Of a DNA stretch of 64,000 nucleotides, positions 1 to 9,063 are shown in pieces (the first letter of the stretch is position 1; every line of letters begins with the position of its first letter). The stretch covers positions 4,271 through 68,270 of the forward strand of contig RDOC01000001.1 of the NCBI GenBank assembly GCA_011364985.1. Direction: 5' to 3'. The translations under genes were made by a program, and so were the position numbers. A model generated the notes under the pieces. The model was given only the letters and a program-made list of their open reading frames with translations, searched no databases and was not told where the DNA came from. The stretch comes from Candidatus Thorarchaeota archaeon (GTDB lineage Archaea > Asgardarchaeota > Thorarchaeia > Thorarchaeales > Thorarchaeaceae).

Positions 1-711
1 CTGCCCGACCTCCTTTGGTATCTTGCCAGTCTTCACAGCACGAGATGTTTCGCGTGATATCTGACGTAGAATGAAGATTGCCCGTGTTAAGTATACAACC
101 TCAGAACCAAGGCCTTCAACCCATCCAGTGGCAATGATGCCCATCTTGACAAGAGGACGAAGTACCATATCCATATCGATCTTCTTGCCAACCTCTTCAA
201 AGACAACTTGCTCAAGGTCATCTGACTGGACCGTTCCATTCTTCATAAGAGTTTGAAGAATTGCCCTTCTCACAGGGTCACTTAAAATCGATGCTTGCCG
301 CTGTTCGACGGTCATCTGTGTATATCGCTCAATTTGCCTGTAAAGTTTTGGAACAGCTTTTTTGTAAGAATCATCTTCAGCACTTAGGAATATTTGAGTC
401 GCAATCTCAGGAAGAGCGTCTTTGTACACATCAGGCTCTTCTTCAGGTGCCAGCACAAGAAACACCATAGACGGAAGTCCCTTCAGATGCATGTTGAGAC
501 CGCCATAATACACAGCCAACTTGAATTCTTCAAACGTAAGTGAATTAAACCCAGGCTTCTGTGACTCTTCCGTTTCTCCAAGAGTGGCAATTCCATAGAC
601 ACGCATCGATGTTGTAGGATCGAGACCAGTCTTTAGCTTTGAAGGGGTCTTTGCAGTCACAACTGGGCCCAGCTCATCGTCCCACTTTAAAACAGCCAAA
701 CCTTCAGGCAT
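1..711 (-). CDS. hypothetical protein, 3-prime partial at the window edge. N-terminal alpha/beta-looking domain followed by a winged-helix-like segment.
   Basis: The ORF is absent from the track because it runs off the left edge. The ATG at 709-711 is preceded by in-frame TGA and TAG. Hand translation gives MPEGLAVLKWDDELGPVVTAKTPSKL... with 237 codons open to position 1. The segment SILSDPVRRAILQTLMKNGTVQSDDLEQ looks like a wHTH. No family recognised. Confidence 0.6.
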   Translation of the reverse strand, partial: MPEGLAVLKWDDELGPVVTAKTPSKLKTGLDPTTSMRVYGIATLGETEESQKPGFNSLTFEEFKLAVYYGGLNMHLKGLPSMVFLVLAPEEEPDVYKDALPEIATQIFLSAEDDSYKKAVPKLYRQIERYTQMTVEQRQASILSDPVRRAILQTLMKNGTVQSDDLEQVVFEEVGKKIDMDMVLRPLVKMGIIATGWVEGLGSEVVYLTRAIFILRQISRETSRAVKTGKIPKEVGQ

Positions 712-967
712 TCGCAATTTCTCCGACTTATTCTATCAGGATAGTAGATGCAACAGGTTTTGGATCTATTCACTAGAAGAGACATTCCTGCTTGCATTCA
801 ACAGGACACCAGCACCAAGTCATAGTCTAATTTGTCCGGCCCTGGAATGCATTTCATCGGGCATGAACAGGGCGCTTACGACTTTGTAGGTTCCTAGTGG
901 TTTCATAACGTCTGCTAGGAATTAATAAGACAATCTTGGATGAACCAGAATGGTGTCTTCGTAGGGC

Positions 968-2140
968 CTAGGGACGTCTTAAAATGGTCACTACTATATT
1001 ATTCCCAAAGCCACCTATATTATGAGTCAACGCAATTTCAGGTTCGTCCACCTGTAAATCCTGGGGAGCATCACCGCGAAGCTGTAGAAAAGCATCTCGA
1101 ATTTGGGCTACGCCTGTGGCACCAGTGGGATGGCCTCTTGCCTTTAATCCTCCTGTTGGGTTCACAGAAACAGGTCCCCCCAATTCTGTTAGTCCATTAC
1201 GAATTAGATCCATTGCTTTTCCTCTGTCTGCTATTCCAATGTCCTCCATATTGATGATTTCGAGTATTGAAAATGCATCGTGAAGCTCGCAAACATCTAT
1301 GGCAGTGGGTCCAATCCCAGCCATATCAAATGCAGCCTGAGAAGCCTCCACGGTTGCATTCAAAGAGGTCAGACTAAGTCGATGTTGGACTGCATGATAA
1401 TCTGTTGCATGACCAATCCCGATAACTTGAGCAGATGAATCCAAGAGCCCCAGTTCTTGGACAACCTGACGAGACGCAAGGACAACAGCTGCTGAGCCAT
1501 CACTAGTAGGACTGCAGTCAAATAGAGTTAGAGGACTCGCTACAACTTTGGAGTTGCTCACTTTTTCTACGGTCGTTTCTTTTTGAAAATGCGCCAATGG
1601 ATTCTTGGAGCCGTTCCTGTGTGCCTTTACAGGAACAAGGGATAACTCATCGCGGGTGAGACCATAGTCATGCATGTATCTTCGGGCGACCAAGGCTGCA
1701 AGGGCTGCTGGAGTCCCACCGTATCTGGTTTCACATTGATATGACATCATTCTGGACAATATCTTTGATGCCGTGCCTCGTTCAACATCACACATCTTCT
1801 CCACGCCTACAACCAATGTCACATCTGACAAACCCGAAGAAATCAATGAAAATCCTACTTCAAATGCACTTGATCCTGAAGAAGGCCCAGTCTCGACACG
1901 AGTCCCACCACAGGGAACAATGCCAAGCCTGTCAGCAAGCATGGTGGACAGGTGTCCAATACCTGAGAATTCGTCAGGGTTTTGCGAGCCGACAATGATT
2001 CTATCAAAGCGTAATTCCGCAGTCTGAGAATCAACAATAGCGCCTACTGCAGCTTCTTCAGCTAACTTAATCAATGATTCTTTGAGCACTCCAAACTTTG
2101 TCATGCCGGAACCGATAACGTAGACGGGCTCCATGGACAC
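968..2140 (-). CDS. thiolase-fold protein (archaeal/SCP-x thiolase-like). The canonical nucleophilic Cys motif is not present.
   Basis: 390 aa. It has a GSGMTKFG N-terminus, VVGVEKM, and C-terminal NPTGGLKARGHPTGATGV and THNIGG segments typical of the thiolase fold. The C-x-S-G nucleophile segment instead reads VETGPSSGS. Confidence 0.85.
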   Translation of the reverse strand: MSMEPVYVIGSGMTKFGVLKESLIKLAEEAAVGAIVDSQTAELRFDRIIVGSQNPDEFSGIGHLSTMLADRLGIVPCGGTRVETGPSSGSSAFEVGFSLISSGLSDVTLVVGVEKMCDVERGTASKILSRMMSYQCETRYGGTPAALAALVARRYMHDYGLTRDELSLVPVKAHRNGSKNPLAHFQKETTVEKVSNSKVVASPLTLFDCSPTSDGSAAVVLASRQVVQELGLLDSSAQVIGIGHATDYHAVQHRLSLTSLNATVEASQAAFDMAGIGPTAIDVCELHDAFSILEIINMEDIGIADRGKAMDLIRNGLTELGGPVSVNPTGGLKARGHPTGATGVAQIRDAFLQLRGDAPQDLQVDEPEIALTHNIGGFGNNIVVTILRRP

Positions 2141-2145
2141 ACATC

Positions 2146-2670
2146 CTATTCAATTAGAATTAGCATCGTATCAGGAGTGACATTAGAGCCAGGCTCAATG
2201 TTGACTTCCTTGACAGCACCATCGGAAGATGCCTTCAGCTCGTTGAACATTTTCATTGCTTCAAGAATGCAGACGGTCTGGCCGCCTTTCACCCTGTCAC
2301 CAACTGAAACATGGACTTCCGTGATTTTCCCAGGCATTGGCGGATATACGCCGCCTGAGACCTTTTTGATGTTGTTTGGGCCAGAGCTTGCGGGTTTGGG
2401 TGTAGACTCCTTTCTTACACGCGACCATTCAATCGCGCGAATACTATCATTGACTTCCAGGGAAACCTTGCTTCCTGCACGTTTCCGAATCCGAAGAATA
2501 TGATCAGTATACGTATCATTGACGCACCAAGTTCCATCATCGTTCTCCGATACCTTGAGAGTGAAGCTCTCATCTCCAACTTTCACAATAAGAAGCCCGC
2601 CTTCATCCAGCTTTTTCACCGTGACTCTGTATACACGATCATCATGCTTGATATCATATTCAGAACTCAT
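2146..2670 (-). CDS. biotin carboxyl carrier protein (biotinyl/lipoyl domain) with a roughly 95-aa N-terminal extension
   Basis: The C-terminal motif CILEAMKMFNELKA contains the EAMKM biotinylation site. AGGAGGT lies 8 nt upstream. Its start overlaps the stop of the upstream gene (TAATG). Confidence 0.85.
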   Translation of the reverse strand: MSSEYDIKHDDRVYRVTVKKLDEGGLLIVKVGDESFTLKVSENDDGTWCVNDTYTDHILRIRKRAGSKVSLEVNDSIRAIEWSRVRKESTPKPASSGPNNIKKVSGGVYPPMPGKITEVHVSVGDRVKGGQTVCILEAMKMFNELKASSDGAVKEVNIEPGSNVTPDTMLILIE

Positions 2671-4256
2671 TATGGAACCTCCTGGCTTCTACTTCGCATT
2701 GCGTCCTTTCGTCCTGCGGATGCCCATACGGAAGACGACTTCTCCCATTGGCCATGCGAAGTGGAAACTGAATGAGATGAATGAACAGAACGGACGCCTG
2801 CTTGCCCCCAGCGGTCACCATTCATAACCGAAGCTCTAATTCCTCCGACCGTCTGACTGCTCATGTGCAGGATTGATGCAATTAGTGCCAGTTCTAGCTC
2901 CAGAGTGGTTTCGCCTCGTGCTTCCCTCTGTGCCTTTCGTTTCAGAAAATCAAGGGCATATTGCGGGAACAGTGCATAGGAAACCAAGTCGCGTGGTATA
3001 TGAGAAATGCCTTTGAGAGCTTCCTGAGCGGCAGGAAGCTCAGGTTCAAGGAGAGCTGCAGGTCGATCTTTTATGGGCTCTTCATCTCCGATGGCCTTTT
3101 GCTTCACCTCTGGGTCAATCGCAGTAGGAGGACGACCGTAGTATCCACGGATATACTGCTTGACTTCGTGAGGGATCATCTTGTAGCGTTCGCCAGTGAT
3201 TACGTTGAGCGTTGCCTGTGTTCCAACAATCTGACTTGAAGGAGTGACAAGTGGAGGATATCCAAGATCGGCACGGACCCTTGGTACTTCCTTGAGGACC
3301 TCATCATACTTATCGAGAGCACCCTGCTCTCTTAGTTGATTGTCCAAGTTGGAGAGCATTCCTCCGGGTATCTGGAAGACCAAGACCTGTGGATTGACTC
3401 CCTTCAGACTCCCTTCAAATTGGGTATACTTGCTACGTATCTTCCTGAAGTAATCGGCAATCTCTGACAATAGCTTTAGATCCAATCCGGTGTCACGGGG
3501 CGTTCCTTTTAGACCTTCAACAATAGACTCGACGGCAGGCTGGGACGTTGCCATTGAGAGGGATGATATGGCGCAATCAACTACATCCACTCCGGCATCT
3601 GCACCTCGCAAATAGGCCATTGAAGCCATACCGCTGGTATAGTGTGAATGTAGCTGTATGGGAATGTCAATCTCGTCCTTCAGTTTAGAAATCAAGTCGA
3701 ATGCGTTCTGAGGAGAGATTAGTCCAGCCATGTCTTTGATGCAGATTGAATCTGCTTCTAATTCATGCAGTTTCTTTGCATCCTCTACGAATTTGTCGTT
3801 GCTATGGAAAGGACTCAGTGTATAACAAAAACTAGCTTGTACATGTCCGCCAGCCCTTTTGACAAACTTCATTGGAGTTTCTAGATTGCGGATGTCATTG
3901 AGGGCATCGAAGATGCGGAAGATATCAATTCCCACTTTTACAGCCTCATTCACAAAAGCCTCCAAAACATCATCGGGATAGATTCGATAGCCAACAACAT
4001 TACTGGCTCGGAGGAGCATCTGAAACATAGTCTTGGGCATTGTATCCCTCAATATCTCAACACGATCCCAAGGGTCTTCATCCAAAAAACGCATCATTGA
4101 GTCGAAGGTTGCACCTCCGAACATCTCAAGAGAATGATAGCCTACTTTATCGATTTTCTCACAAATAGGAAGCATGTGTTCGGTTCGCATTCTGGTAGCG
4201 ATGAGAGACTGGTGTGCATCTCTGAGAGTGGTGTCCGTAACTAGAAGTTTTGTCAT
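2670..4256 (-). CDS. 5S-type carboxyltransferase (oxaloacetate decarboxylase alpha / pyruvate carboxylase B / transcarboxylase 5S family) without a fused biotinyl domain
   Basis: Motifs present are LVTDTTLRDAHQS, ICIKDMAG and LHSHYTSGMA. The first ATG is at 4254-4256; the track start at 4274 is a TTG six codons upstream. The last ~80 aa form a Ser/basic-rich tail of unknown role. Confidence 0.85.
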   Translation of the reverse strand: MTKLLVTDTTLRDAHQSLIATRMRTEHMLPICEKIDKVGYHSLEMFGGATFDSMMRFLDEDPWDRVEILRDTMPKTMFQMLLRASNVVGYRIYPDDVLEAFVNEAVKVGIDIFRIFDALNDIRNLETPMKFVKRAGGHVQASFCYTLSPFHSNDKFVEDAKKLHELEADSICIKDMAGLISPQNAFDLISKLKDEIDIPIQLHSHYTSGMASMAYLRGADAGVDVVDCAISSLSMATSQPAVESIVEGLKGTPRDTGLDLKLLSEIADYFRKIRSKYTQFEGSLKGVNPQVLVFQIPGGMLSNLDNQLREQGALDKYDEVLKEVPRVRADLGYPPLVTPSSQIVGTQATLNVITGERYKMIPHEVKQYIRGYYGRPPTAIDPEVKQKAIGDEEPIKDRPAALLEPELPAAQEALKGISHIPRDLVSYALFPQYALDFLKRKAQREARGETTLELELALIASILHMSSQTVGGIRASVMNGDRWGQAGVRSVHSSHSVSTSHGQWEKSSSVWASAGRKDAMRSRSQEVP

Positions 4257-4342
4257 TGCTTGCCATGAAAGCAATGACGAGAGGTCTTTTTAGGGCTTCT
4301 GATGATTGCCGGGAATTCAGCCAGGGCTTGACGATTCTAAAT

Positions 4343-4789
4343 CTACTGTTTGGAGAACAGCTCTGATACTAGAATAGAGGCTCTCTCCACAAAACGTGTG
4401 CATTTCTTCTCAAAAACACCATTGCTTCTTCCTTTTTCAAGATCATTCGAATTGCTAAGATCAAGACCTATCAATTCTTTGCAAAGAATTGTCCCGAACT
4501 CCTCCTTAAAGTGAGCAACAAATTCCTCAGAATATCTGTAAGTTCGTTCCTTATGTTCTTTCACATCAATGACAAATTGACTCATGAGTGCTCCGATTGC
4601 TAGCACTCCACCAGTAACCGCCCCACATGCATTTCCCTGATACGCCACGCCGCCTCCCATGCCTGCAGCTAGGTACTGAAATTCCTCCGATGATATTCCT
4701 TTATGTTCGAGAACTGCTTTGAGGACTGATTGTGCACAACTGCAATCAGCCTTGAAATACTTGATAGCAAGCTTTCCAACTTCTGTCAT
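4343..4789 (-). CDS. C_GCAxxG_C_C family protein
   Basis: The family pattern is present: ADCSCAQSVL, then GNACGAVTGGVLAIG, then CKELIG, then C near the end. Family-typical size (~148 aa) is reached from the ATG at 4787-4789. The track ORF extends to 4927, probably as read-through of upstream sequence. Confidence 0.75.
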   Translation of the reverse strand: MTEVGKLAIKYFKADCSCAQSVLKAVLEHKGISSEEFQYLAAGMGGGVAYQGNACGAVTGGVLAIGALMSQFVIDVKEHKERTYRYSEEFVAHFKEEFGTILCKELIGLDLSNSNDLEKGRSNGVFEKKCTRFVERASILVSELFSKQ

Positions 4790-4923
4790 TTTTTCACACC
4801 GAATGTCTGCTTCTGTGAAACAGCAATTTGAGAGCTGTTGATACTCCGCAGTTTTCGACTGGAAACCCATTTTTATTCTTGCGGATAGGTCATCACAAGA
4901 AGCGTACCCAGCGCAAAGGGATA

Positions 4924-5112
4924 TCATGCTGGTTTTGCACTAGTGAACTGCTCAATATGTGGTTCCAATCCCAATTTCTGGTATACATTGGCAGCATATT
5001 CAGCTGCTTTTCTCTCCTTTTGAGTTGTTGATCCCCTAGATCCTATAACCACGGATAGCTGGTTGACATGTTCCTTTATAGATTCCATCTTTGCCATACT
5101 TTGGGGCCTCAA
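4924..5112 (-). pseudogene. N-terminal fragment of an M28-type aminopeptidase (gene remnant)
   Basis: This 62-aa ORF reads ...KEHVNQLSVVIGSRGSTTQKERKAAEYAANVYQKLGLEPHIEQFTS. That matches the usual N-terminal segment of M28 peptidases (IGxR..G...E.kAAeYi...l..lGle...q.F). No catalytic domain follows it. Confidence 0.4.
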
Positions 5113-5329
5113 GGATAGTTAACTACCGTAAATCCACATTAAGAATTCATCTGACCAAGATTATTTCTAATCAAGTATGTGAATAAGTGCTAAGCCATCG
5201 AGAAATACAAAGAAGCATTCGTTTCAGCTATTCTGATATATCGCAGTTGTATTCGAATGCTCGCTAACGAGGCATAATTGCGGATGAAGGAAAGAGTGCT
5301 ACTCCTAGGCGCTTCGGGGTCTATGGGAT

Positions 5330-6082
5330 TTGAGGCATTCAAGGAACTCTGGGGAGGCAGGGTTTCTGAAGAGAGACTACGAGAGAAAGTGGTTTGCCAC
5401 CCACAACTTCCACTGCCAATTCTATGAGGACAGCTGGATTCTGAACGAGTATATTCACAACTTTGGCTATACTCTTGAGGACTTCTACGAACAGGTTGAG
5501 GCCAATCTTCCTCTTTCTGCAAAGGCAGCCAGACTCCTGAACAAGATACCTAGAATTCGTAATGTAGTTCTTCGAGCGGCGTATCGTCATATGAAAGCAT
5601 TGGTTAGCCAGAAGGATGGCACCCTTTATTGGTACCAGAGCCGCAACGAATCACGTATCAAGGTCTTTTACGGGTCATTTGAGGAGTATGAATCGATTGA
5701 TGATTGGAATGGTCCAGATATGCCAAACCTCAAACCAAGTTGGAAACGTCTGGAGCACGGGTATGACGAGTCCAATGCCTCGCCGAATCTTTCCGATCTT
5801 CAGGATGCTGTAAGATTCAGAAGTGGGAGACTATTGTCAATCAAATGGAATGGAGACATGTATGTTCCATTGGAGTGGGAATGCGCCTTTCAGCACCGAT
5901 TCACCGGAACTCTGTACCTTGTGTTGAAGACTGGTCATTGGTATTCAGAATGTATTCCACCTCCATGGGATTATGGAAGAATCGCCGAGAAGAATCCCTT
6001 CTTCGCGCAAGTATGGAATACAAACCACTCTGAGGATGAGAAGAACTTCTATGATACTGATTGCTACAAGGACATTCTATGA
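5330..6082 (+). CDS. hypothetical protein (Trp/Tyr-rich, no family recognised)
   Basis: 250-aa ORF with protein-like composition. The start is a TTG. An ATG-initiated frame (MGFEAFKELWGG...) begins ~17 nt upstream in another frame, so the 5-prime end is uncertain. Confidence 0.5.
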   Translation: MRHSRNSGEAGFLKRDYERKWFATHNFHCQFYEDSWILNEYIHNFGYTLEDFYEQVEANLPLSAKAARLLNKIPRIRNVVLRAAYRHMKALVSQKDGTLYWYQSRNESRIKVFYGSFEEYESIDDWNGPDMPNLKPSWKRLEHGYDESNASPNLSDLQDAVRFRSGRLLSIKWNGDMYVPLEWECAFQHRFTGTLYLVLKTGHWYSECIPPPWDYGRIAEKNPFFAQVWNTNHSEDEKNFYDTDCYKDIL

Positions 6083-7063
6083 GCCCGAATCCATCGACTT
6101 GAAGGAGGCCACAGTACTATCAGTGGCAGGATCAATTTCTGCAATGAACGTGTCGGTGAGTACGTCCTTGGCCCCCATCCTCCGTGCAATACCACGAATT
6201 GTCCGTTTCATTCCGGCGCCAATAATCTCATTCAGCAGCACCACAGGTATGACAAAAGCCACAGCAAGGAAGGGTAAACCAAGGGAATAGAAAGATCCAC
6301 GAATAACGATTTGCAGTATCTCTTGAAATGTTGGAGTCGGAGTGCTGTTAAAGAGACTCTGAAGAGGAGTCACGAAATTCTGAACAATGGAAGTTATAGG
6401 CACGGCCAACAATGAGAATCCACCAAGAAAATTGCTGTACCAGCGACCAAGACCAATAGTATCGGGACATCTTCGCTGTTTCAACTGGTCCACTTTCAAA
6501 TGGGAAACAATGCCAGCGTCGTTTAACACCCAAGTTGGCATGAAGTAGACCAAGGCGACAGGGAGGACGATGAGGGTGCTGACCATAGACATGAGCGGCA
6601 AGTAGAATCTCAATGCCACTTGTGGCAGAGCACTAACAGGGGGTGCATCAAAAAGAAATCCTTGGACAAGCTGAAATACTAGTTGACCTATTGCTAGACT
6701 GAAGAGCGCTGGTACTACGGCTCTTCGAATCAGCAGAGTCGCTCCGAATTCATCTCCTAATTCGATGATGCTAAGGTCATACTTCCTGAATCTCAAGAGC
6801 TTCGCGACAAGAATGAGTATGAATGCTCCAGGAATCACTAGCACTAGGAATTCAACAAACATTATTGGAACAATGTATGTTAGAAGCCAGAGCACGTCTG
6901 CACGAATGTTTCCGGGTAGCGGCTCGATAATACTAATCGATGTGGCATCGGGTACAAGGGGGATAACAAGCTCTAGCGTCCAGTCGACAATGAGTATAGC
7001 AACTGCCAATCCTGCCGCTGCCAGCAGAATAGGGGGGATGAACCGGATGAAGCGATGTTTCAT
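6077..7063 (-). CDS. polytopic integral membrane protein, function unknown
   Basis: 328 aa with about 7 long hydrophobic segments and a soluble acidic C-terminal tail. Confidence 0.6.
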   Translation of the reverse strand: MKHRFIRFIPPILLAAAGLAVAILIVDWTLELVIPLVPDATSISIIEPLPGNIRADVLWLLTYIVPIMFVEFLVLVIPGAFILILVAKLLRFRKYDLSIIELGDEFGATLLIRRAVVPALFSLAIGQLVFQLVQGFLFDAPPVSALPQVALRFYLPLMSMVSTLIVLPVALVYFMPTWVLNDAGIVSHLKVDQLKQRRCPDTIGLGRWYSNFLGGFSLLAVPITSIVQNFVTPLQSLFNSTPTPTFQEILQIVIRGSFYSLGLPFLAVAFVIPVVLLNEIIGAGMKRTIRGIARRMGAKDVLTDTFIAEIDPATDSTVASFKSMDSGS

Positions 7064-7399
7064 GATAGGCCAACAACCTTGTTATATCAGACCTGCATCT
7101 AAACGTAGTGCGTTCGAAGTCCAATTGGAGAATAGCCGATGCCAACACCATTCCCAATTCAAGCATCTGCAGGTGATGCTACAAGGTCATGAATCCTCAC
7201 AGGAAACAGAACCAAAGGCGCTTCAACGCTCCTATTCCAATCTTTCCACTTCAATAGTTGCGGTGTTTTCAAACAATCCGAGGAAGCAATGTAGCATAGG
7301 CAAAGTTTGTTCCCATCCACAGGATATCACAGACACAAGGAAAAGCAAGGGGATCCTTGATGTTAGAGAGAACCCAAGCGCTCATTCTCAGTAGCAAAG

Positions 7400-7537
7400 T
7401 CATTCCTTCTCGAGGAACTCGTAATGCTCCAGATATGAACGAATGGCCTCTCTAACAAAGGAAGGAAATCCTTTCCACGAGTTGCGTTTGCCCAGTTTCT
7501 CATACCGGTTTCTGAGGTCCTTGGGGACCCGAATCAT
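7400..7537 (-). CDS. ribbon-helix-helix (CopG/Arc/MetJ-like) small DNA-binding protein
   Basis: Found by hand because it is below the track cut-off. The sequence is MIRVPKDLRNRYEKLGKRNSWKGFPSFVREAIRSYLEHYEFLEKE (45 aa), which shows the beta-strand then helix-helix pattern of RHH proteins. In-frame GTG and TTG codons lie 1 and 5 codons upstream. Confidence 0.55.
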   Translation of the reverse strand: MIRVPKDLRNRYEKLGKRNSWKGFPSFVREAIRSYLEHYEFLEKE

Positions 7538-7637
7538 CACATCTTCAGACAAGCTAGAAATTCCCCTTTTTGTAGCAGATAATGTATACTAAAATAGGCA
7601 TATTTATATACATTTTGCATACAATTGTAAACTTAGT

Positions 7638-8081
7638 TTGGATAGCGTGACCAAGATGATCCTATGCTTGGAACAGCAGCCCAAAACTTCATTTTTCGGA
7701 GTGGCTAAATACAGAGTGGCAATCAGATTCCTGACAAGACTAGCCAAGGGAGAAGGGCATTATCATGTCTTCTACGTGCCGAAATATGTTAGAGATTTCT
7801 ACAATCTCAGGCCGGGCAGCTACATGGGTGGGATCACTCTAGCGAACGGAATATCTGCAGGCTACAGAATTGACTTTTCAAGTTACAGAAGAACGCTTCG
7901 TGGGCGTGTACCAGAGTCGGCTGGATCATCAAAAGATATTGTGGAGGTCTGGATGTATCCAGACACATGGCGTCCAAGACCAATTGCATCTGAAAGAGGA
8001 ATCTCAGCAAAGTTCATGGGTTCACTTGGATTGACTGCGACAGAAAAAAAAAGAAGTCTACAGCATATTATAGTCGTATGA
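7638..8081 (+). CDS. hypothetical protein
   Basis: 147-aa ORF with a TTG start, divergent from the RHH gene across an AT-rich TATA-like spacer. The segment HVFYVPKYVRDFYNLRPGS faintly resembles an AbrB/SpoVT-type strand-turn, but I do not consider this solid. Confidence 0.35.
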   Translation: MDSVTKMILCLEQQPKTSFFGVAKYRVAIRFLTRLAKGEGHYHVFYVPKYVRDFYNLRPGSYMGGITLANGISAGYRIDFSSYRRTLRGRVPESAGSSKDIVEVWMYPDTWRPRPIASERGISAKFMGSLGLTATEKKRSLQHIIVV

Positions 8082-9063
8082 TTGGGATCTGGAGGAAAGA
8101 CGATGAAAAAGAAGGATCGTATCAATTACATTCACAAATCTACCCAATTCTATAACATGAGAAAGAGCCCATGCGATGGCTGCATTCATCCATTCAGGCA
8201 TGATTCTCTTATGACCAAGAAAGATGGACTTGGCAAAGAGGAGGGACCTGCAAAATACTCGGTGATCCCCTTCTAGTGGCAGTGATCAAAACCAAGAACG
8301 ATGAATTGAAGGGAAATGAACTTAGTTGAGTGAAGCACAAACCCTTCAGCGGCGAGCCCCGACTAGGAAAACCCGCCGCAGGAAAGAGGCTGAGAAAAAC
8401 ACACCGACCACAGCTCACAAAAAGTCATACCTGACAGCAGAGCAGTTCTTTGCATACTATACCCTCTTTGTATCCCTAGTTCTCATTCTGATGTTTGTCG
8501 TAATCGCACTCATTTTGGGTGGCGCATAAGCAGCTTCATACATCTAGGGAGAAGAAACCAGCTTCGCCATGAAGCAACTATGATCTGTTAGCAGATAGAA
8601 CTATAAAAGGGGGATCTGGTCGATGTGGAAGAGAATCTCTTCACCATGAACCATTTCCACGCCGGCTCTTATCCAGAGTTGATTTCTTTCCTTGAACCTT
8701 TACAACAATCCTGCGAGTATCATTGTCGAAATGAGAACTACCAAGAGTCTTTCCAGGAGACCGATAGCAAAGGCGAGGAGTGAAAAACTGGAAATGGCAA
8801 AGAAGTCTCCTGTGCCAGCAGGAGTAGTTTCTCATGCATTTTCACTTTGCAGTTATCGATGTCAAATAACTACGTCCCTGTAATGGACTTGACTCCAATT
8901 GGAAGTTTCGATTCACATCAAAGCCTCATCATCCATGAATGCGTAGCTTGTTGACTAATCAATACATTATTCATCTAATATTTCAGTTCTGAAGATAATA
9001 TTCGAAAAATTCAATACATCAAAGGATAAGTGGTTTTTATCGCGTGCAAGGAGGCGATATTGG

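Noticed and set aside
1741-2037. Three ORFs of 60-85 aa on both strands inside the thiolase-like gene
   Set aside because: They lie entirely within or antisense to a well-supported 390-aa gene and have low-complexity, non-protein-like sequences. They are shadow ORFs.
2177-3239. Plus-strand ORFs of 91-108 aa antisense to the BCCP and carboxyltransferase genes
   Set aside because: They are antisense shadows of genes with clear catalytic motifs and have no motifs of their own.
6765-7394. 209-aa plus-strand ORF
   Set aside because: It is mostly antisense to the 328-aa membrane protein gene. Its Ser/Arg-rich composition is typical of the reverse frame of a hydrophobic gene.
8326-8529. 67-aa ORF with a basic N-terminus and one C-terminal TM helix (tail-anchored-like)
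   Set aside because: It has only a TTG start, no clear RBS or promoter, and no family resemblance. It is plausible but unsupported, so it is not listed as a feature.
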